Virus record (IMG/VR): IMGVR_UViG_3300020354_000001
Coordinates: 1-38,789 of that record
Reading direction: 5' to 3' (one strand)
Length of the DNA: 38,789 nucleotides
Source of the DNA: a virus
Within the stretch, counting starts at the first letter, position 1. Each line of letters opens with the position of its first letter. Shown here piece by piece: positions 15,333-24,224 of this stretch. The position numbers and the translations under genes were made by a program. Below the pieces are notes generated by a model that saw only the letters and a program-made list of their open reading frames with translations, did no database searches and had not been told where the DNA came from.

Positions 15333-15851
15333 CTAGTGCTGTTTTTCCAGCTCCATCACGCGAAACAGCAGGTCGGTCTGGCGTGCCATGTTGCTAATCG
15401 TGGCCGCGCCCACCGTGGCTAGCTCAGCGGCCATGAGAAGGTTGACGTTAGGCACGCCCACATTGACCGTCACGCTCTCGCTGGGCAGCGGCGTCAAATC
15501 CAGCGTGAAGCGCTGCAGCCAGTGCGAGTACTGGCTCTTATACGTCAGCGTGGTATTCGGTGCGGAAAACACAGCCAGCAGCGTGCCGCTGGCTAGGTAA
15601 AAACCAACTTCGCCAACCTCGTACTCTTTGTCGCTATCAAATCGCGCCGCTAGCCGAATTTGAGTCGGACCAATATCCTCATAGTCGGCAACCAGAACTC
15701 GATCACGCTCATTGCGTAGGCGTGTTTGTGAGTGAGAAGGGGTGTACTTTTCAGTGCCCGCCGCGACATGGGTAATCGCGCCTTTTAACCCTTCGTTTTT
15801 TGCCGATATCAGCTCAGCCAGACCAGCATTTGTGTATCGCAAGATGCTCAT
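15333..15851 (-). CDS. Proximal tail fibre protein (tail-collar / P2 gpH N-terminal domain-like)
   Basis: 172 aa. The N-terminal ILRYTNAGLAELISAKNEGLKGAITHVAAGTEKYTP resembles the gpH N-terminal ITNAGLAA...ALG motif. Directly downstream of the gpI-like gene. Confidence 0.7.
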   Translation of the reverse strand: MSILRYTNAGLAELISAKNEGLKGAITHVAAGTEKYTPSHSQTRLRNERDRVLVADYEDIGPTQIRLAARFDSDKEYEVGEVGFYLASGTLLAVFSAPNTTLTYKSQYSHWLQRFTLDLTPLPSESVTVNVGVPNVNLLMAAELATVGAATISNMARQTDLLFRVMELEKQH

Positions 15852-15854
15852 GCG

Positions 15855-16580
15855 TTAGCCCTCATGATCGGTGAACACCAGCCACGCGGCAGCACCCGCG
15901 ACACTAAGCGTGGCGGCCGCCGTAGGGCTGGCAGTAATTCTTGATGCCGGATTGGCATCAAACGTAGTGCTGGCAGACTCAGCAACCGCCACCGGGCAAA
16001 GCGTGGCGGTCACCGTAGGGCTGGCAAGGATGCGGCCGTCTGGCGAATCATCGCGTGCCATTACCGAGGGATCAGCCGCACCGCTCAGCCCGAAGGCGCT
16101 TTCGGCACCGAGTGCCAGCGTCAACGTTAGTTCGTCACGCTCGCTCTTCGCATAGCTCAGGTTTCGGAGCATTTGCTCAGTAATGGCCTGATCAATCGGC
16201 GCATTGCCGCGCTTCCAGGCGATCACCTCCAGGTGGTACGGATCCGCGAACTCGGCGTTCCCGTCGTACCACGCAATAACTTCGGCGTCGTAATCCAGCT
16301 CATCCACGGCCAGCACCAGGGCGTGGCGGGTGCCCGCCAAGCGCCGGATCGGCCACACGTTCGCCACGGTGCGGCGCAAAAGCTCGGTCGAGGCGTCCCC
16401 ATCCCACTCAGCAACGCCGCGATCCTGTGCCAAATACGGCAGCATGGCGGGCGGTGTGCGCTGCGGATCGAGCAGCTCCGGGAACGGCGCTTCAATGCCC
16501 TCCAGCATCCCGGCAAACGCACGCTCGAACGCGCGCTCCAGGCGGCTGGCGTTCTCCGGCAGCAGCGAGTACTGGCTCAT
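15855..16580 (-). CDS. Baseplate protein I (P2 gpI-like)
   Basis: 241 aa. The N-terminal SLLPENASRLERAFERAF...PELLDPQRTPPAMLPYLA is typical of the gpI family. Confidence 0.85.
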   Translation of the reverse strand: MSQYSLLPENASRLERAFERAFAGMLEGIEAPFPELLDPQRTPPAMLPYLAQDRGVAEWDGDASTELLRRTVANVWPIRRLAGTRHALVLAVDELDYDAEVIAWYDGNAEFADPYHLEVIAWKRGNAPIDQAITEQMLRNLSYAKSERDELTLTLALGAESAFGLSGAADPSVMARDDSPDGRILASPTVTATLCPVAVAESASTTFDANPASRITASPTAAATLSVAGAAAWLVFTDHEG

Positions 16581-17569
16581 AACTGGAGCACCTCGATCTC
16601 GATGCCGGTGCAGTACGGCGCAGTGAAGTCAGCAGCGGCGAGGCTCTCGGCTGGCATGTCTAGCTCGATGCGCACGGCTCCGGCGTTGTGCAGCTCGGTA
16701 CCCAGCGCGCTGCGCTCGATAAAGCCCTCGATGCGGTGCTGTTCATCCGCGTAGCGCTGCACGTTTTTAATCGCCTGCTGATGCACCACGCGGGGATCCG
16801 GCCCACGGTTGATGTAGATCACCGCGCGGCACTGCCAGTTGACGATATCCGCCGCGGTTACTGTCACTTCATCCGTGGCCGGGGCAACGTCATTGCGTGC
16901 GAAGTGCGCGCGCGCCTCGTCGAGCAGCGCTTCGCTCGGCGTGCCGTCGCCCTCCCGGGAGAGCAGCGCGACACGTACTTGCCCAGGCGCAGTGCGCTTG
17001 CCCACCGCATCCTTCACCTTGCCCGCCAGCGTGCCGCTGGGTAGCCGGTACGTGACCGTGACCACCCCCTCTTCTGGCGTGGCCACACTAATTTGTGGCC
17101 GGGCGCTGAGGGTCATTGCGTGAAACTGATACGCCAGGCGCGGCCCCGCCACGCTGAAGCTGTACGGCGCGAGAAAGTGCCGCAACCGCAGGCTTTCGTC
17201 GTCTTCCTTCACCGCCGGTACCGGGGGAAACGCCGATGGGTCGCCTTCGGTGATCGTCTGTCGCTGCAGGCCCAAGTCGGCCACCTTGGCGTCCAGGTTG
17301 CTGCCCTCGGCCCACCACGCCAGCATTTGCTTGATCTGCTCATTGCGGTGGCGGCGCTCGGTCTGCAGCATCACCGTGGCCACCTCGACCAACTTGGTGA
17401 AAACCTCCGATTCGCTTTCCAACGTGGCGCGGATCCTTTCCGAAAGTGCCTGGTCGCTTTCCGCTACGTGGGCAATCGTTACCGCTTTGAACGTTGCGAG
17501 CATCTGCTCGAACGGCGGCACCTCGACGATCGCCGGGTCGGCGAGGCGGTTTTGTCCGGGTATCAGCAT
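16577..17569 (-). CDS. Baseplate protein J (P2 gpJ-like)
   Basis: 330 aa. V-W-J-I gene order with ATGA-type overlaps. Confidence 0.85.
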   Translation of the reverse strand: MLIPGQNRLADPAIVEVPPFEQMLATFKAVTIAHVAESDQALSERIRATLESESEVFTKLVEVATVMLQTERRHRNEQIKQMLAWWAEGSNLDAKVADLGLQRQTITEGDPSAFPPVPAVKEDDESLRLRHFLAPYSFSVAGPRLAYQFHAMTLSARPQISVATPEEGVVTVTYRLPSGTLAGKVKDAVGKRTAPGQVRVALLSREGDGTPSEALLDEARAHFARNDVAPATDEVTVTAADIVNWQCRAVIYINRGPDPRVVHQQAIKNVQRYADEQHRIEGFIERSALGTELHNAGAVRIELDMPAESLAAADFTAPYCTGIEIEVLQL

Positions 17570-17901
17570 TAGACGCCCACCTCGAATTGCACGCGCTGCC
17601 GCTGCCAGGTGCCGTCGAATGCCAGGCGTAAGCCGGTGGCGTGGCGGCTGGCAACGCAGCGCGTGGGTTTAAAGTCGCCGATGTTATTGATCGGCTCGTA
17701 AAACGCGGCAATCGCGCGGCTCTGGGCGAGAATCAGCACATCATCGCTGTTCAAGCGGCCCAGCAGCTCCGGCACCCGGCAGCCAAAGCGGCGGCGGTGT
17801 TCGCGGCCACCGATGGGCGTGGTCATCACTTGGGTAATGCGTGATACCAGTTGTGGCCACGCGTCTATCGTGCGGCCGGTTTCTCTGTCCATGCCGATCA
17901 T
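17569..17901 (-). CDS. Baseplate protein W (GPW/gp25 family)
   Basis: 110 aa. MIGMDRETGRTIDAWPQLVSRITQVMTTPIGGREHRRRFGCRV resembles the gp25/gpW family. Confidence 0.85.
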   Translation of the reverse strand: MIGMDRETGRTIDAWPQLVSRITQVMTTPIGGREHRRRFGCRVPELLGRLNSDDVLILAQSRAIAAFYEPINNIGDFKPTRCVASRHATGLRLAFDGTWQRQRVQFEVGV

Positions 17902-18521
17902 ACGGGTTCACCTGTCTGCGCTGGACCTGGCTGGATGCCGTCATGCTTGTGGTCTTCACCCACGTTTTTGCCGTTGTGATCCAGACCGTTGCCGATTGCA
18001 TGCACGCCACTGGCATCGATGCGGATGCCGTTGCCGCCGTGCATCAGCACGATGGCGTCCCGGTCGTGAGTGATGGACGTTTGTCCGTTCGTCCATTGGT
18101 ACCGATGCGCCGCAAAATCGTACTGCTGCACCGTGCCGTCCTTGTACGTCAGCCGGTGCTGGGTGCCGCTGCTACCTGCAGGCGGGTACGCCGCCGTGGG
18201 TATGCCCGGCACCGCGATGCTCTGGCCGCTATCGTTACCGCCGCCGTGGTTGATCAGCTCGCAGCCCTCGCCCAATGACGGCGGTCGCCACTCGCTCACT
18301 TCGCCCGCCGAGGCGCTCGCCCAGCGGATCCACGGCGTGGTGTTGCCGCCGTGCTTCACTTTGCACAGCCCCTTGCCGTAGTCGACGGCCACCACCACGC
18401 CCCGCCTGCCCTGGTTGCGGGCGCGCCGGTGCAGGTCGTTGACCTCGTTCTCTAGCTCGGCAATGCGGTCGATGTAGGGCGCGAGGGCATCACGGACAAT
18501 ATGATCGATCAGCTCTCTCAT
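17898..18521 (-). CDS. Baseplate assembly/spike protein V (P2 gpV-like)
   Basis: 207 aa. GVVVAVDYGKGLCKVKHGGNTTPWIRWASASAG...WRPPSLGE matches the gpV OB-fold region. Confidence 0.85.
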   Translation of the reverse strand: MRELIDHIVRDALAPYIDRIAELENEVNDLHRRARNQGRRGVVVAVDYGKGLCKVKHGGNTTPWIRWASASAGEVSEWRPPSLGEGCELINHGGGNDSGQSIAVPGIPTAAYPPAGSSGTQHRLTYKDGTVQQYDFAAHRYQWTNGQTSITHDRDAIVLMHGGNGIRIDASGVHAIGNGLDHNGKNVGEDHKHDGIQPGPAQTGEPV

Positions 18522-18532
18522 AAGCGCCTTTA

Positions 18533-19090
18533 CTAAGTAGTTAGCGGCTCGTAGCTCGCCTCGTCGTTCGGGTCGAGCTCAGGGTTACGCGACAGCCAGG
18601 CAATGCCCGGCATGCCCGCTGTGACGGGATCCTCTTCAGCCAGCGATGGCCCGAGGCTGATCTGCTGCTGGAAGCTCACGCCCCAGGCGTCGTAGCCATC
18701 CGCACCCTCTTTGAAAAAGCTCGGCTCGGCGCGTAGCTGCTCCGGGCGTTTGATCTGATCGAACGGCAGCCCCCACAGCGCATCCGTAGCTACCCTCTGC
18801 ACGGCTGCCGAAAGGTTCACGGCTTCCAGCGCCGCGCGGTGGCTGTGCCTGCCCACTACGCAGTGCAGCGTGATCGCGTAGTCGTAGCCGTAACGGCCAT
18901 CCGGCCAGCGGTCGGTAGGCATGGCACGCTCAAACTCGATCAGCACCTCGCCGTTGATACCGTCACCGCCGACCACTGCACTGCCGAACTCGTCATAATT
19001 GCCGACCCGGATCGCCTGGACCCGGTCGAGCAACGTGTCGCGTATCGCGTCGAAAAGGTCGCTGGGCTGCTCAAGTGCTCGATAGGACAT
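18533..19090 (-). CDS. Putative neck/tail completion protein
   Basis: ORF track 18533..19198 (TTG). The ATG at 19090 (MSYRALEQPSDLF...) is more plausible. Assigned by position between the head-tail joining and baseplate genes. Confidence 0.5.
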   Translation of the reverse strand: MSYRALEQPSDLFDAIRDTLLDRVQAIRVGNYDEFGSAVVGGDGINGEVLIEFERAMPTDRWPDGRYGYDYAITLHCVVGRHSHRAALEAVNLSAAVQRVATDALWGLPFDQIKRPEQLRAEPSFFKEGADGYDAWGVSFQQQISLGPSLAEEDPVTAGMPGIAWLSRNPELDPNDEASYEPLTT

Positions 19091-19601
19091 AACGCGCCTC
19101 TTGCTCAAACAGTTCGATAAATCGCGCCTCCACGCGGCGCTCCCAGCGGCGCACCACAGCCTCGCCCAGCTCGGCAATCTCTTCGGTGACGCGCTCAATG
19201 GGCAAGCGCTCGCGGCCCTTTCGACGCCACACCATCACTTGCCGACTGCGCATCGGATTAACGAATGCACCGTCGTAATTCTTGCGACCTACGCGAACGC
19301 CGGTCACCGTCTGCCGTGGGCTGCCCAGGTAATGCACGCTCAACGGCGTCAGGCCCACCCACACTTTCACTTCGCCATCGGCGAGGCGGGAATACATGCG
19401 AAAGCGTTGACGCAGCGGCCGCTGGACAATGCCCAGCTCCCGGCCCAGCTCACGTACTGAGTGAGTACGCAGCCATTGACCAGCGCCCCGCAGGGCGCGG
19501 TTGACGGCGGTGTCGAGCTGTTTGCGTGTCGCGTTGATCAGCTCCGGCATGCGGTTCTGCGCGTCTTGCATGCGCAGGCTAACCTCGAAGCCACCCGGCA
19601 T
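19071..19601 (-). CDS. Putative tail completion / virion morphogenesis protein (lambda gpZ-like)
   Basis: 176 aa. RKQLDTAVNRALRGAGQWLRTHSVRELGRELGI resembles minor tail protein Z / HK97 gp10-type proteins. By-eye call. Confidence 0.45.
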   Translation of the reverse strand: MPGGFEVSLRMQDAQNRMPELINATRKQLDTAVNRALRGAGQWLRTHSVRELGRELGIVQRPLRQRFRMYSRLADGEVKVWVGLTPLSVHYLGSPRQTVTGVRVGRKNYDGAFVNPMRSRQVMVWRRKGRERLPIERVTEEIAELGEAVVRRWERRVEARFIELFEQEARYVLSST

Positions 19602-19938
19602 GCTGCTTCTCCCGTTCGCTATACGGCACTAACACCAACGCCACCCGGATCCGGCCCACCGGCAGCACCTCGACGGCGGTGTAAATCTTGCCGTCGAGAT
19701 GCACCTGACGTTGTGGCCAATCCTCCGGCAGCTCACTGCGTGGCACCTGGCAGATCGTCTCGCCCGGCTTCGCCCTCACACCGCCCTGGTTACGGTTGCC
19801 AGTGCGTAGCTGGTCAGGCGAGCGCGGCGCGCCCAGCATGCCCGACACTTCCCGCACATCACCGCCCAGCACCATTCGCAGCTCGCAACCGAACTCATCC
19901 GGGTCGAAGAACGACCGCCAATCGTCGTCGCCGATCAT
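19579..19938 (-). CDS. Head-tail joining protein (lambda gpFII-like)
   Basis: 119 aa. FFDPDEFGCELRMVLGG...ICQVPRSELPEDW...LDGKIYTAVEVLPVGRIRVALVL follows the gpFII pattern. Confidence 0.5.
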   Translation of the reverse strand: MIGDDDWRSFFDPDEFGCELRMVLGGDVREVSGMLGAPRSPDQLRTGNRNQGGVRAKPGETICQVPRSELPEDWPQRQVHLDGKIYTAVEVLPVGRIRVALVLVPYSEREKQHAGWLRG

Positions 19939-20159
19939 TACTCGTCGCCTTTAGCGGCCGTTTTACCCTTTGCTGCCGGGGCTGCTGCTTTCTTGATCTC
20001 TTCCTCGGTGGCTTCACGCACCACCTTAGCCGCGATCGCTTCCTTCGCTTCCCGCTTGGCCATGTGCGTCAGCGCGTCTTTCTTCACAAACTCACCGTGA
20101 TCCCAATGCCCTACCAGGGCAATAACGGCAACACGAGAGGAGGGTTTTGCAGTCGCCAT
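19938..20159 (-). CDS. Hypothetical head-associated protein (73 aa)
   Basis: ORF track. Follows the capsid gene after a terminator. Lys/Ala/Glu-rich C-terminus. Confidence 0.55.
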   Translation of the reverse strand: MATAKPSSRVAVIALVGHWDHGEFVKKDALTHMAKREAKEAIAAKVVREATEEEIKKAAAPAAKGKTAAKGDE

Positions 20160-20177
20160 ATCGTTTCCTTGTTGCGT

Positions 20178-20199
20178 AAAAAAGGGGGCTTACGCCCCC
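20178..20199 (-). terminator. Rho-independent terminator after the capsid gene
   Basis: Minus strand: GGGGGC-GTAA-GCCCCC followed by TTTTTT. Confidence 0.65.
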
Positions 20200-20221
20200 A
20201 AACCTGCCCGCTAGTTAATGA

Positions 20222-22201
20222 TTAGGGCGCTGGTGGCGCTTTACGGGCGATGCTGAACGCCTCTTTACGGCGTGCGTTGACGTCTACATCTTGGAAGACA
20301 CGCAGGATCAAGCCGTCGCTGGCCGCCTTCGTGGCCTGATCGACCTTGAGATCCACCACGCCCCACAGGGCAATCAATACCTGCGCCCAGTCGCCGAAAA
20401 TCCAGGTATCTGCGTTCACCTGGTTCGACGCTATAGCGCGGTAGCCATTGACTTCGTTGTTATGCCAGAGCCGTTCGCCGGTACCCGCTGCCACAAAGGT
20501 TTTCTTGCCCGCACCGCGCTGGCCAACGCTGGTCAGGTAGCCCATGCCGTTAGCGCTGACGTTGGCCTGGCCCACTTGAGTTTCCATGTCTACCGCGTCA
20601 TCCCAGCCGAACTTATCGTCATACGTCAGGCCCGGAATGCCCGTCTGGTACATCAGGCCCAGCGGCTGGTTATCTTCACCGGTGCCGTACAGGTAGCCCT
20701 TGTCGGTTGTCACCGCAACGCCGCTTAGCAGTTCGTTACGGACAAGGTTCTCGATCGACATGCTGGACTGTTTGCGCAGGCGGCGAGTGATCGCGATCGC
20801 GCCAGAGATGGTCTTCGGCGACAGGCCGATAGTGCCGAAGTCGATATCGGTCAGCGGCGCTTCACCGTCCTCATCCAGCCAGTAGAAGTTGCCCTCGCTG
20901 AGCTGCTTGGGAATGTCCACGTCGCCCTGCAGGCCGCTCAATACCGTCGCGCCCATCGCGCCCAGCACCGTGCGATTTTTCAGGATCTCGGTGTACATAT
21001 CGGTACGCAGATCGGTATCGACCAGCACGCCACCCTTGCTGGGAGTTTTCTTCTCCTGCTGACGCAGCATGCCGCCGAACAGCGCTTCGTGCGGCATGAA
21101 GAGGCCGCGCGCCTCGGTGCCGGACGCGTCCGCGATGGCGTTTGATACCTCACGCTCGAACCCCGCGTCCTTATAGTCGCCGGTGGCCATCGCGTTGATG
21201 GCACTCAACAGGCTGTACTTGCTCATGTCGCGCTCGGTAATGCCCAGCTTTTCTACGTTCTGGCCACCCTTCTGGTGGTTGAATTGCGGCAGGTCGCGCT
21301 GGTTGTCACCAGGGTTCGTGTCGATAGGCTGCGGCGCTTGGCGCTCCAAGAGCTGGGCGCGAAAGCTATTGACTGAATGGCCCTGGGTGACTGCCTGCAT
21401 TGCCAGATCACGCTGCTGGAAGCGCTCGCCCAAGGCGAGGATGTCCGCGCTACGCTGACGCTCTTTTTCCAGCGCGGTGTCTTTTGGCTCAGCAAATGTG
21501 CGCGTGGTCGGCTCTTGATGCTCGCCGCCATCGTTGCCGCTGGGCTGGGTTGTCGTGGTTGTAGTGGTGCTTTCGTTCGGCTTCGGCATTTCCGATCCTC
21601 GAATGGTGATAGTGCTGGTGGTCTGGTCGGTTGAACGACCGATGCCGACCGTCGGGTCGGCGGCAACCGAAACGATGGAAATTTCAAACGGCTGCCAGCG
21701 GGTTACTCGGAAGTGCTCCAAATCGCCTTCGCGTTTTTCGAGCACCATTTCTTGCGGTAGGTATCCGCACGACACGTTGCGCCGGATGCCATCCACTACA
21801 TCGCGCCAAATCTCTTCGGCCTCTTTGCCTTTAGAGAACCGCACACGCACGCGCATGCGGCGGTCATCGTCCAGCCAGGCTTCCTCGACGACACCGATCT
21901 GCCCTTTCGTCGACCAGCGGTCGTGCTGGGCCAGCAGCGGTGCGCCGGAACGCATCCGCGACCAGTCAATCGCGCCCTGGCTGTGATCCAGCACCTCCAT
22001 GCCGAACCAGCGCTGTACCGGGTACTCGCTGGTGGCCGACATCTCGACCGTGCGGTTTTCCTCGTCGATCGTTTCGCGCTCGACGCTCAGCGACCGCACG
22101 ACCGGCTGGCCTTCGATCTGGCGCAGCACCGGCAGCGTTGAGGGGTCAATCGGTGCCGGTGGCGTTTGGCTCGTCGTCGTCTTCTTCGTCGGGTTCGGCA
22201 T
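20222..22201 (-). CDS. Fusion of HK97-family prohead protease, scaffold-like linker and HK97-fold major capsid protein
   Basis: Single 659-aa ORF. The N-terminal third is S78 prohead-protease-like (EMSATSEYPVQRWFGMEVLDHS...APLLAQHD...FEISIVSVAADP). The middle has a Thr-rich tract plus ALEKERQRSADILALGERF. The C-terminal half is HK97 capsid-like (GAIAITRRLRKQSS...LLSGVAVTTDKGYLYGTG). Confidence 0.85.
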   Translation of the reverse strand: MPNPTKKTTTSQTPPAPIDPSTLPVLRQIEGQPVVRSLSVERETIDEENRTVEMSATSEYPVQRWFGMEVLDHSQGAIDWSRMRSGAPLLAQHDRWSTKGQIGVVEEAWLDDDRRMRVRVRFSKGKEAEEIWRDVVDGIRRNVSCGYLPQEMVLEKREGDLEHFRVTRWQPFEISIVSVAADPTVGIGRSTDQTTSTITIRGSEMPKPNESTTTTTTTQPSGNDGGEHQEPTTRTFAEPKDTALEKERQRSADILALGERFQQRDLAMQAVTQGHSVNSFRAQLLERQAPQPIDTNPGDNQRDLPQFNHQKGGQNVEKLGITERDMSKYSLLSAINAMATGDYKDAGFEREVSNAIADASGTEARGLFMPHEALFGGMLRQQEKKTPSKGGVLVDTDLRTDMYTEILKNRTVLGAMGATVLSGLQGDVDIPKQLSEGNFYWLDEDGEAPLTDIDFGTIGLSPKTISGAIAITRRLRKQSSMSIENLVRNELLSGVAVTTDKGYLYGTGEDNQPLGLMYQTGIPGLTYDDKFGWDDAVDMETQVGQANVSANGMGYLTSVGQRGAGKKTFVAAGTGERLWHNNEVNGYRAIASNQVNADTWIFGDWAQVLIALWGVVDLKVDQATKAASDGLILRVFQDVDVNARRKEAFSIARKAPPAP

Positions 22202-23702
22202 GGGTTACTCCGTTAGCCTGGAGAGCTTTTCCGTAGGGGTTGGGTATACCGAGACGCTCGAACCGGCGAATGTCCTCGCTGATCTGGTTGTAAACGTCAT
22301 CCGGGTCGCGGCCTTTGCGGCGCATGATGTCCGAGACTGAGTCGGTCAGCGTCTCGATGCCGGTCTTCGCGGCATCGCTGTCTTTCTTCGGATCGACCCA
22401 ATCCCAACCGCGCGGCAGCCACTCAATCGGCGCGAGACGATCCCAGGCACGCGGCGGGATTTTCAGCACGCCCTTGAGCATCGAGCACTCCATCCACACT
22501 TCGCCGACCCACTCCAACAGCTCACTGATCGCGAACTGCTGGATGCATTTGTAAAAGTCGCGCTCGTCAATCTCGCCGCTGCGCAGGCTCGAAAAGCTGA
22601 CGCCTTCGAGGTCATGGGCAAGGCGGTTGTAGGAAGGCCCGAAGGCTCCGGCAATACGGCGCACCGCCGCTTTGGTGAACGGCGCGAAGTTGGTCGAGGG
22701 ATGCTTGTTGTCGTAGGGCTTGAACGTCACGCCATACGGCAAGAGGCGGGCACTGCCCGCCTCGATCTCTTCGATGATCACGCCCTGATCGGCGTCGTCG
22801 CTATCTTCATCACCCGGCGGGTCGACCCACTCGGCATCTTGTTCATAGAAGCCGGTCATCTTCGCGCCCTGCTCGGCCGCGATCAGCTCGGCACCGGCGT
22901 ACTCTTCGACGTGGTGCAGGTCGTTGGCACCGGCATGCGTCCAGGTAAAACCGCGCGACTGGTGTGGACGCCAAGGGTCGAACGTCAGGCGCAGCTCCTC
23001 GGCGGGGATCCGCTGATACTCTTGCTCTGCGGGGCGCTCGAAGCTGTCGCCGGGGTGTGAACGCTTGAGCCAGTAGGCGATGGGCTTTTCCCACTCGTCG
23101 ATCTCGACACCCATGCGCACCCGGTTGCCGTTGCTCAGCCAGGTATTCAGCGTGGTATCGAGCAAATCCGACTCGATGATCTGCAGCGCAAATCCCCAAC
23201 GGTTGGGCCAGTTACGCAGGATGCGCACCATGACCTCTCCGTCGCGGGCGAGCGTGTCGATCCATAGCCACATGAAGGTCACGAAGCTATAGCGCCCGGT
23301 GACGTCGCAGTTACCGCGCTTCGACCACTTTTTGAACTCCTGCTCGATCACCCGGCGCATCTCGTCGTCGGCGTAGCCGTTCGCTTTCAGCGCCTTTGAA
23401 CGCATCGTGATGCCATGCGGCCCGATCACGTTCTGGCGCAGCAGGCGATAAAACCGCTTGGCATAGCCGGAGTTGATCGACTGCTCGCGGGCACGCTGGC
23501 GAAGCGTTTCATGGTCTTTGTAAATGACGTGGTCGGCGTCGCCCGCGTTACTGCGCCCGGTCCAGGAATTATTGAGCCGAGTCTGCCGCGCCATTTTGAA
23601 GCTGCGCGTGAGCGTGGGCTCTTTTCGAGCTGGCTGTGCAGGCGGCGAATCGGCCTGCCCAGCGAGCTTCCACGCGCGAGCTGCTCGCTTGAGTAGGCCC
23701 AT
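22146..23702 (-). CDS. Portal protein (lambda gpB family)
   Basis: 518 aa. RLNNSWTGRSNAGDADHVIYKDHETLRQRAREQSINSGYAKRF is typical of lambda-family portals. Acidic C-terminus. Overlaps the next gene by 56 nt. Confidence 0.88.
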   Translation of the reverse strand: MGLLKRAARAWKLAGQADSPPAQPARKEPTLTRSFKMARQTRLNNSWTGRSNAGDADHVIYKDHETLRQRAREQSINSGYAKRFYRLLRQNVIGPHGITMRSKALKANGYADDEMRRVIEQEFKKWSKRGNCDVTGRYSFVTFMWLWIDTLARDGEVMVRILRNWPNRWGFALQIIESDLLDTTLNTWLSNGNRVRMGVEIDEWEKPIAYWLKRSHPGDSFERPAEQEYQRIPAEELRLTFDPWRPHQSRGFTWTHAGANDLHHVEEYAGAELIAAEQGAKMTGFYEQDAEWVDPPGDEDSDDADQGVIIEEIEAGSARLLPYGVTFKPYDNKHPSTNFAPFTKAAVRRIAGAFGPSYNRLAHDLEGVSFSSLRSGEIDERDFYKCIQQFAISELLEWVGEVWMECSMLKGVLKIPPRAWDRLAPIEWLPRGWDWVDPKKDSDAAKTGIETLTDSVSDIMRRKGRDPDDVYNQISEDIRRFERLGIPNPYGKALQANGVTHAEPDEEDDDEPNATGTD

Positions 23703-23705
23703 GGG

Positions 23706-24221
23706 TTACATCCTTGCTTGAATTAAGCGACCAAAGGGGGAACCGCTGCGCTCGCGATTGAGTTCGCGGCGGTACGCGCGGCGTAGCTCCTGGAGCCTCT
23801 CAATGGGGATACGGTCAAGGCGCTGGCCATCGATCTCGTAGCTTTGCTGATCTTTCGGTATGCGCTTCTCCAGCGCTGCTTCGATCAGATCCAGCATGCG
23901 CTGGGCATGGCTGCGAACGTCGCCCGGCTCGGCCAGCAACCAGTTGGGCGCGATGACGATGTTGCCGGTGTCGATCGTGTAGCGCTGATCGTTTGGCCCC
24001 ACCACGAACGCCGCCCAGCGATACTGCCCAGGCGACCACTGCTCGGTGCTTGATGCCTCGATCTCAACGCGATAAACGCCGTGGTCGTCGAACGCCTCGA
24101 TCTCGATCACCTGGGGGCCATGCAGCACATAACGCAGCGCCCAGCCGTCGCTGGCCGGATACTCAGGCACAGCACGGCCCCAGGCGACGGAATCGCCCGC
24201 GTGTAGTTTTTTCGGTTCCAT
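23706..24221 (-). CDS. Head-tail joining protein, gpW-like C-terminal region with an N-terminal extension
   Basis: 171 aa between terL and portal, which is the lambda W position. The C-terminal HAQRMLDLIEAALEKR...SYEIDGQRLDRIPIERLQELRRAY resembles gpW. Confidence 0.5.
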   Translation of the reverse strand: MEPKKLHAGDSVAWGRAVPEYPASDGWALRYVLHGPQVIEIEAFDDHGVYRVEIEASSTEQWSPGQYRWAAFVVGPNDQRYTIDTGNIVIAPNWLLAEPGDVRSHAQRMLDLIEAALEKRIPKDQQSYEIDGQRLDRIPIERLQELRRAYRRELNRERSGSPFGRLIQARM

Positions 24222-24224
24222 GAG

